Of a stretch of 12,814 nt of DNA, positions 8,355 through 12,814 are shown in pieces; within the stretch, counting starts at the first letter, position 1, and each line of letters starts with the position of its first letter. The translations under genes were made by a program, and so were the position numbers. The stretch comes from Candidatus Zixiibacteriota bacterium (GTDB taxonomy: Bacteria; RBG-13-66-14; B26-G2; WVWN01), in the NCBI GenBank assembly GCA_050117845.1, contig JASFLY010000044.1, positions 1 through 12,814 of the forward strand, read 5' to 3'. A model generated the notes under the pieces. It had not been told where the DNA came from. It saw nothing but the letters and a program-made list of their open reading frames with translations, and did no database searches.

Positions 8355-8424
8355 TGGAGCGGCCGGGTCGGTTCCGCCCCGCCTACTCGGCCTGGTGGAC
8401 CGAGCCCGTCTCCTCGGCGGCCGC
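8355..8424 (-). ncRNA. Non-canonical tRNA-Gly-like cloverleaf overlapping the mom 3' end
   Basis: GCGGCCG / CCG-AGGAGA-CGG-GC / UCGGU-CCACCAG-GCCGA / GUA / GGCGG-GGCGGAA-CCGACC / CGGCCGC-U-CCA. It has a perfect 7-bp acceptor stem, U discriminator, CCA end and a 7-nt anticodon loop with ACC. The D and T loops are degenerate. Confidence 0.7.
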
Positions 8425-9024
8425 CTCCTTCGGGTATCCCTTCGATAGTTCCGTTATTTGTTTCCGCATCGCCTTATCCAATGGCATCAGGTATTTATAC
8501 TTCGGCTTCCCGGGTACGATCCTGGCGTTCGAGTCGACGTTTTTCTTGAGCCACGTGATGGCGTTCCGGCCGTACCGCATATTGACCGTCCGCCGGTGGT
8601 ATAGTTTCCCCTGTATAACAACGCCCTTCTCCGCGGAATGTTCGCCGACGTACACCCAGTTGCCGGCCTGGTATATCTTCCCCAGGTGCCCCTGGTTGCC
8701 GTCCGCGTAGCTGACGACGAGCCTGAGTCCCGGGTTTTCCTTTTTCAGTAGCCGTAAACATATCGCGACGACCTTCGTAACTTCAAAATCGTGTTCGGTT
8801 AAAGCTATTCGTACGAGTTCGCAAACCTCGACCTGTTCCAATCCATACGGCTTCCCGATTGACGGGCACGCTCCCCGGCCGAAAATCACCGCCCCCTTGA
8901 AAACCCCGTTCTCCCATACGCCGTACTTGATTAACCTCCCGGCCGGTGCCGCCCTGGAGTAGTGCCAGTTCAAACAAGCGTATTTCGCGGCCTGGTATGA
9001 ACATCTAGCGACGCGTAAACTCAT
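8383..9024 (-). CDS. mom: Mom-family (GNAT-fold) adenine hypermodification enzyme
   Basis: Colinear with phage Mu Mom motifs as I recall them: LRV, 'WHYS', 'GVWE.G...G...FG', 'ELVRIAL', 'VVSYAD..QGH.G.IYQAGNW..VGEH', 'GKLYHRRTVN', 'KYKY..PLDKAMRK' and terminal 'YPK'. Confidence 0.88.
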   Translation of the reverse strand: MSLRVARCSYQAAKYACLNWHYSRAAPAGRLIKYGVWENGVFKGAVIFGRGACPSIGKPYGLEQVEVCELVRIALTEHDFEVTKVVAICLRLLKKENPGLRLVVSYADGNQGHLGKIYQAGNWVYVGEHSAEKGVVIQGKLYHRRTVNMRYGRNAITWLKKNVDSNARIVPGKPKYKYLMPLDKAMRKQITELSKGYPKEAAAEETGSVHQAE

Positions 9025-9553
9025 AACCGCACTTCGGGCACGTGGAGCGTTCTGTGCTGAGTTTATCCAGCCGGGCCTGATCGTCTATCGGTTCGAAATC
9101 CCCGCATAACTTCTCAACCTCCTCCGTATCGAATCCCGTTAACTCGACGTCGAGGTCTACCTCGCCGATTTCGGCCAGCCAATCCGTCAGGGCCGGCAGG
9201 TCGAACTCCTCGCCGATCTTGTTCAGCGCGACGTTCAGCGCTTTGGCCTTCTCAACGGATTCGACCGCGACCGGCACGCAGGGCACCGGCCCCGGTTCTA
9301 CCTCTCCGTTTTCAATGAGCGAGCGGTACGCGTCGAGGCGCCGGTGGCCGCCCAGGATCGTGTTGGGCGGGCAGCCGAACTCCCCGGCGTTGGCCCAGAC
9401 GATAACCGGGTCGACGAGGCCGAACTCCCGAATGGATTTCCGGAGGTGGTCGAGGACCTTAGCGGTTCGTTGTCTGGGATTCCCTTCAAATTCGTTTAAC
9501 TCCTCAAGGGGGACATGGACGATCTGAACGTCGCCCGGGTCGAGGGGAGGCAT
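9005..9553 (-). CDS. ParB N-terminal (ParB/Srx) domain protein with C-terminal CPKCG knuckle
   Basis: 'PLEELNEFEGNPR', 'SIREFGLVDPVIV', 'ILGGHRRLDA' and 'LNVALNKIG'. Start moved to ATG 9553 with GGAGGAG immediately upstream. Overlaps the mom start by 20 nt. Confidence 0.85.
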   Translation of the reverse strand: MPPLDPGDVQIVHVPLEELNEFEGNPRQRTAKVLDHLRKSIREFGLVDPVIVWANAGEFGCPPNTILGGHRRLDAYRSLIENGEVEPGPVPCVPVAVESVEKAKALNVALNKIGEEFDLPALTDWLAEIGEVDLDVELTGFDTEEVEKLCGDFEPIDDQARLDKLSTERSTCPKCGYEFTRR

Positions 9554-9750
9554 GTTTACTCCTCCGTTGACCGGCGGTCCGCCTCGTGCTACCCTTGCCC
9601 GACCCACGTGGGTCCAGGGGCAGGCGGCGGCCTACGGTCGGTCTCGCGGTTGCAGCCGCTTGACGCGGAGGGGAGGCACTACTCCCCGAAGCCCGCTTGT
9701 CCCGTTTCCAAAGAGCGTCCTTGCTATCGGTCGAACGTCCTACGTTTAGC

Positions 9751-9779
9751 CATTTAGCACAGCGAGGGCTTTCTGTCAA
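9751..9779 (-). promoter_or_regulatory. Candidate late-operon promoter
   Basis: Perfect TTGACA (9779-9774), a 17-bp spacer ending in TGC (extended -10), then a weak -10 TAAATG (9756-9751). Confidence 0.55.
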
Positions 9780-9801
9780 ACCAGAGAGGGGGTATTGAGG
9801 G

Positions 9802-9856
9802 GGTACGTTTTCGGTACGTTTTCGGCACGTATTAGGTACGTTTGCGGTACGTTTTA
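9802..9856 (+). repeat. Five tandem 11-bp direct repeats (consensus GGTACGTTTTM)
   Basis: ggtacgttttc, ggtacgttttc, ggcacgtatta, ggtacgtttgc, ggtacgtttta. A further in-phase GGTA occurs at 9791. Confidence 0.95.
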
Positions 9857-10047
9857 GACCCTTTTTGATACCCCCGGCGAATCCACGCATCGATATCTTC
9901 CTTAATCGCCCTTATCCTACCGTCCGCGTCGTACGAAACGGGCAGGTCATGTAGTTGCGCCTTACGCTTGGCCACGCGGACCGAGCACCGCAGGTAGGAG
10001 GCTATTTCTTTCCAACCAACCAGAATTTTCGGCGTTTTATCCGGCAT
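9832..10047 (-). CDS. Small excisionase/MerR-like (HTH_17-type) DNA-binding protein
   Basis: 71 aa, basic; 'GWKEIASYLRCSVRVAKR...LPV...GRIRA.KEDIDAWI' winged-HTH pattern. Confidence 0.75.
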   Translation of the reverse strand: MPDKTPKILVGWKEIASYLRCSVRVAKRKAQLHDLPVSYDADGRIRAIKEDIDAWIRRGYQKGSKTYRKRT

Positions 10048-10072
10048 ATAATCTTGTTTCGGAGGTTACTCG

Positions 10073-10177
10073 TTTGACGTTATGGACGTTAAAACACGTT
10101 TTTCTGGAAACCCCCTATAGAAGACTTTCCTATAAGGACTTTTAGGAAAACGGTGAAATAACGTCAATAACGTCAAA
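10073..10177. repeat. Inverted iteron array with AT-rich core, candidate replication origin
   Basis: TTTGACGTTATGGACGTTA (10073-10091) and TAACGTCAATAACGTCAAA (10159-10177) form a 19-bp inverted repeat with one mismatch, each arm holding two GACGTTA units. The core has a CCTATA..GACTTT direct repeat. It begins 13 nt after the primase stop. Confidence 0.7.
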
Positions 10178-10190
10178 ATCCATCCTTTCA

Positions 10191-12368
10191 TCAGAAGTCG
10201 GCAACGTCGTCGCCTTTTCGAATTAGGCCAATCCCCCAATAAATCCGGTTACCTCGGTTATCCCTCGCCGGAGTCACCTCCGGTTTTTCGCTAATTTTCC
10301 GGCCGAACCACCGGGATGATAGCCTTTCCCGCTTCGGTACTTTTTCGTCGTCGCACCAACTAATATACTCTTCGTAAATCGCTCCCGTACGGACTAAGCA
10401 CTCATCCCCTAACACGCACCGGGCCGCTATAAACTCCGCCAGCGGGTCGTTCTCGCGGCGCCACTCCTCGACGAGGGCCTCGCCGCCGGGGGGATCGCCG
10501 AGGACCAGGTGTCCGCCGGCGTCGACGCGGGCCCGGTGCCAGCGGGCGGCGCCCTCGACGGCCCACCGGAGGATCCCGGGGGCCTCGCCGGCAAGGGTCC
10601 GCTCCAGGAACGGGTCGATGCGCTCCCCGTCGAACTTCTGGGTGAAGGGGATCGCGAGGGCGCGCCGCCAGAAAGCCTCGGTGTCGTCCCGGACGCCGGG
10701 CTTGTGGTTCACGGCGAACCACAGGTGGAGGTGCGGCTGGAACGTGAAGGGGTTGCCGTACAGGTGCCGGGCCATGATGACGCCGCCGCCGGTGAGTTTC
10801 TTGACGCGGGCCTCGTCGAAGCGCGAGTTCTCCCGGACCTCCTCGGCGGTCACGAAGCGCACGCCGTCCAGCGAGGCCAGCACGGGCGACGCGGCCTCCG
10901 CGGCGGCCTTCGTGGGCTCGAACACGGTGAAGGGGACGTCCTGGGCGTAGAAGCCGAGGGCGTTGCGGAGGGCGTTCAGGAAGACCGACTTCCCGTTGGC
11001 GCCGCCGCCGTAGCAGAGGAAGAAGCGCTGCTCGCTCGTGTCGCCTGTGAGGGAGTATCCGACGGCCAGCTGGATCCAGTCGACCAGTTCCTCGTCGACG
11101 AAGACCTCCCGTAGGAAGCGCTCCCACCGGGGGGCGCCGGCGTGCAGGTCGTATTCGAACCCCACGGTGCGGGTGACGCGGTCCTCGCGGCGGCCGCGGC
11201 GGAGCTCGCCGGACCGGAGGTCGACGACGCCGTTGTCGACGCCCAGGAGGTAGGGATCGACGTCCCACCCGGAGCCGTCGTCGGAGATGGGCGGCAAGTC
11301 GCGGGCTATCGCCAACATGCCGCGGATGCGGGGTTCGTTCTCGGAGGTAAAGGCCCACGTCACGGCCTTCTTCCGCTTCTTCTCGTCGTGGATCTTCGCG
11401 GCGCCGGCGAGGCGGGCCCGGGCGCACTCGATCGCGTAGCGCGTCAGGATCTCGTCGCTGCGGCTGCTCCAGATGTCGCCGTTCCAGACGAGCCAGCGCT
11501 TGTGCCGGAGGTCGTAGCGGACGACGTCGCCGTGGCGGCCGGCGAAGATCTCGGCGTTGCCGGCGTCGGTGGGGTTGAAGTCCGCGGTCTCCACCGGATC
11601 GTAGCGAGAGACGGAGCGGGCGATGCGGACGAGGTCCTTCTCGTCGTGGGGCGGCCGGCAGCGGCGCGCGTTCACGCTGCGGAGGGTCTCGAGTATCTCG
11701 TCCTCGTTCAGCCCCTGCCGCCGCAGCGAGCCGGCGATGGAAGTCAGCACGGAATCCCGCTGCCCCTCCGGGATGGGGGCGCCGTCGGAGGCCTCGGCCG
11801 CGGGCCGCCCATTGCGCGGCGCCGGCCGGCTGTCGGCGATCGCCTGGGCCAGGGCCGGCGGGATCTCGACGAGGGCGGCGTCCCAGGGGGAGACGATCCA
11901 CTCGTACCGTTCGCCGCTGGGGTGTACGGCGGGCGGCAGGATCACGTAGCCGCCGTCCCCTTTGACGTCGACGCTGCCGTTGAAGATGCCGGTCCGGCAG
12001 CCTACGGGGGGCCCGGAGGCCGGCGCGAGGAAGAACAGGTGCATTCCCCCGCCGCCGGTGCGGGCGCGGGGGAACGCGACCTCGTCGAGGTCGAGGGATT
12101 CCAAAACGCCTCGGAGATTTCCGAGGCCCTGTTCGCCGTCCGCGTCAACGACCACGAGGCCGGAGGCGCCGCAGGCGACGGCCGGGTTCGCGTCGGCGTG
12201 CTCGTCCCACCAGGCGGCGACGCGTTCGGCGTCGTTCGAGGCGTCCTTGAAGCCGGACCTCGTCAGCGGGACCTTGCCGCGGGGGGCGCAGGGAAAGACC
12301 GCCCATTGGAGGTCGGCGGCGTAGCGGCCGGCGTGGGCGGCGAGGGATTCGGCGTTATTTTCGGTCAT
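10191..12368 (-). CDS. Bifunctional primase-polymerase / PriCT / D5-like SF3 helicase (P4-family primase)
   Basis: Prim-Pol 'VFPC...KVPL...GFKDAS...WW...LVVVDADG', 'RTGGGGMHLFF', 'DVKGDGGYVILPPAVH'; PriCT 'IPEGQRDS'; D5_N 'TDAGNAEIF'; Walker A 'GGGANGKS'; 'AFWRR..IPF'. Confidence 0.93.
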   Translation of the reverse strand: MTENNAESLAAHAGRYAADLQWAVFPCAPRGKVPLTRSGFKDASNDAERVAAWWDEHADANPAVACGASGLVVVDADGEQGLGNLRGVLESLDLDEVAFPRARTGGGGMHLFFLAPASGPPVGCRTGIFNGSVDVKGDGGYVILPPAVHPSGERYEWIVSPWDAALVEIPPALAQAIADSRPAPRNGRPAAEASDGAPIPEGQRDSVLTSIAGSLRRQGLNEDEILETLRSVNARRCRPPHDEKDLVRIARSVSRYDPVETADFNPTDAGNAEIFAGRHGDVVRYDLRHKRWLVWNGDIWSSRSDEILTRYAIECARARLAGAAKIHDEKKRKKAVTWAFTSENEPRIRGMLAIARDLPPISDDGSGWDVDPYLLGVDNGVVDLRSGELRRGRREDRVTRTVGFEYDLHAGAPRWERFLREVFVDEELVDWIQLAVGYSLTGDTSEQRFFLCYGGGANGKSVFLNALRNALGFYAQDVPFTVFEPTKAAAEAASPVLASLDGVRFVTAEEVRENSRFDEARVKKLTGGGVIMARHLYGNPFTFQPHLHLWFAVNHKPGVRDDTEAFWRRALAIPFTQKFDGERIDPFLERTLAGEAPGILRWAVEGAARWHRARVDAGGHLVLGDPPGGEALVEEWRRENDPLAEFIAARCVLGDECLVRTGAIYEEYISWCDDEKVPKRERLSSRWFGRKISEKPEVTPARDNRGNRIYWGIGLIRKGDDVADF

Positions 12369-12464
12369 CGGCTATCGTTTCGGGTATCAGTTATAGGGTC
12401 GGGTGTCGTTCACCGATATTCACCGCGCTTGCGGGCGGGAGGAGGGAGTTTCCCATCGACTAAC

Positions 12465-12493
12465 TTGTAACGCATACTAGAATATAGTATAAT
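12465..12493 (+). promoter_or_regulatory. Near-consensus sigma70 promoter
   Basis: TTGTAA (12465-12470), 17 bp, TATAAT (12488-12493); purine-rich RBS AAGGGGG before ATG 12547. Confidence 0.8.
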
Positions 12494-12546
12494 CCCCCAA
12501 GGGCGAGCTTTACAACAAACAACGCGTAACCGTAAGGGGGCGGAAA

Positions 12547-12801
12547 ATGATATCGAACGACGAAGGAGTCAGGAAACTTATATTAACCGCGCTTTATAAA
12601 CGTAATCAAAAAAAACCTGGTTGCGGTATAGATTACGACGAATTGTATACATTATTACCGGAGGATACCAACGCAATCGATCGCGCCGCTCGTTATTTAA
12701 AGGAAAAAGGCTTAATCGAAGCTACATTCCAATTGCCAAGGGGCAATTTGGGTACGGCTAAGATAACCGCCGCGGGTATCGATTTCGTAGAAACGTTCTA
12801 G
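12547..12801 (+). CDS. Small winged-helix protein of unknown function (moron-like)
   Basis: 84 aa; 'RKLILTALY...IDRAARYLKEKGLIE...AKITAAGIDFVE' wHTH pattern; AT-rich, with its own promoter and RBS. Confidence 0.75.
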   Translation: MISNDEGVRKLILTALYKRNQKKPGCGIDYDELYTLLPEDTNAIDRAARYLKEKGLIEATFQLPRGNLGTAKITAAGIDFVETF

Positions 12802-12814
12802 TAGCCGATTAAAT

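Noticed and set aside
8355..8424. Canonical translational tRNA-Gly gene or att-site remnant
   Set aside because: It lacks U8, U33 and the TTC loop, and A34 Gly anticodons are very rare in bacteria. It is a complete self-paired cloverleaf in mid-operon with no integrase nearby, so it is reported as tRNA-like ncRNA instead.
9802..9856. Repeat array as a CRISPR array
   Set aside because: Units are 11 bp and contiguous, with no spacers and no cas genes.
9504..9890. 128-aa minus-strand ORF across the repeats and late leader, and the 9607 start for ParB
   Set aside because: No RBS or motifs, and it overlaps the promoter and repeats. ATG 9553 has a strong SD and marks the start of the ParB domain.
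10402..11901. 499-aa Arg/Pro/Gly-rich alternative-frame ORF inside the primase gene
   Set aside because: Composition is typical of an off-frame read of very GC-rich coding DNA.
1..12368. Abundant TCGA/GTCGAC palindromes as a dispersed repeat or modification signal
   Set aside because: Explained by frequent GTC/ATC/CTC-GAC/GAG codon pairs in acidic, high-GC genes. A codon-controlled k-mer test would be needed to claim more.
12385..12420. TATAAC as a minus-strand -10 for the primase gene
   Set aside because: No plausible -35 at 16-18 bp spacing; too weak to call.

Overview
Part of a high-GC tailed-phage or prophage genome, almost entirely on the minus strand. In transcription order (right to left) it carries a Prim-Pol/PriCT/D5-SF3 primase-helicase, an inverted-iteron origin-like region and a small excisionase/MerR-type HTH gene. 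A phased 11-bp repeat array and a TTGACA promoter then open a late operon: ParB-like protein, Mu Mom-like adenine-hypermodification enzyme, small terminase, lambda-GpA-type large terminase, PBSX-type portal, gp7/Mu-F head protein, Mu Com-like zinc finger, prohead protease/scaffold, major capsid, head-tail adaptor, probable head-closure protein and a truncated GT9-like glycosyltransferase missing from the ORF track. A low-GC winged-helix gene with its own sigma70 promoter faces the other way at the right end. The most striking observation is a 70-nt non-canonical tRNA-Gly-like cloverleaf (8355-8424; G1-C72, C2-G71, G3-C70, U73, encoded CCA, anticodon ACC) overlapping the 3' end of mom. It may be a dedicated glycyl donor for Mom. 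The second is a tandem AGAG..CC motif pair embedded in an intrinsic terminator downstream of com, suggesting Com-controlled antitermination of the capsid genes. All product calls rest on motif recognition by eye; no searches were run.
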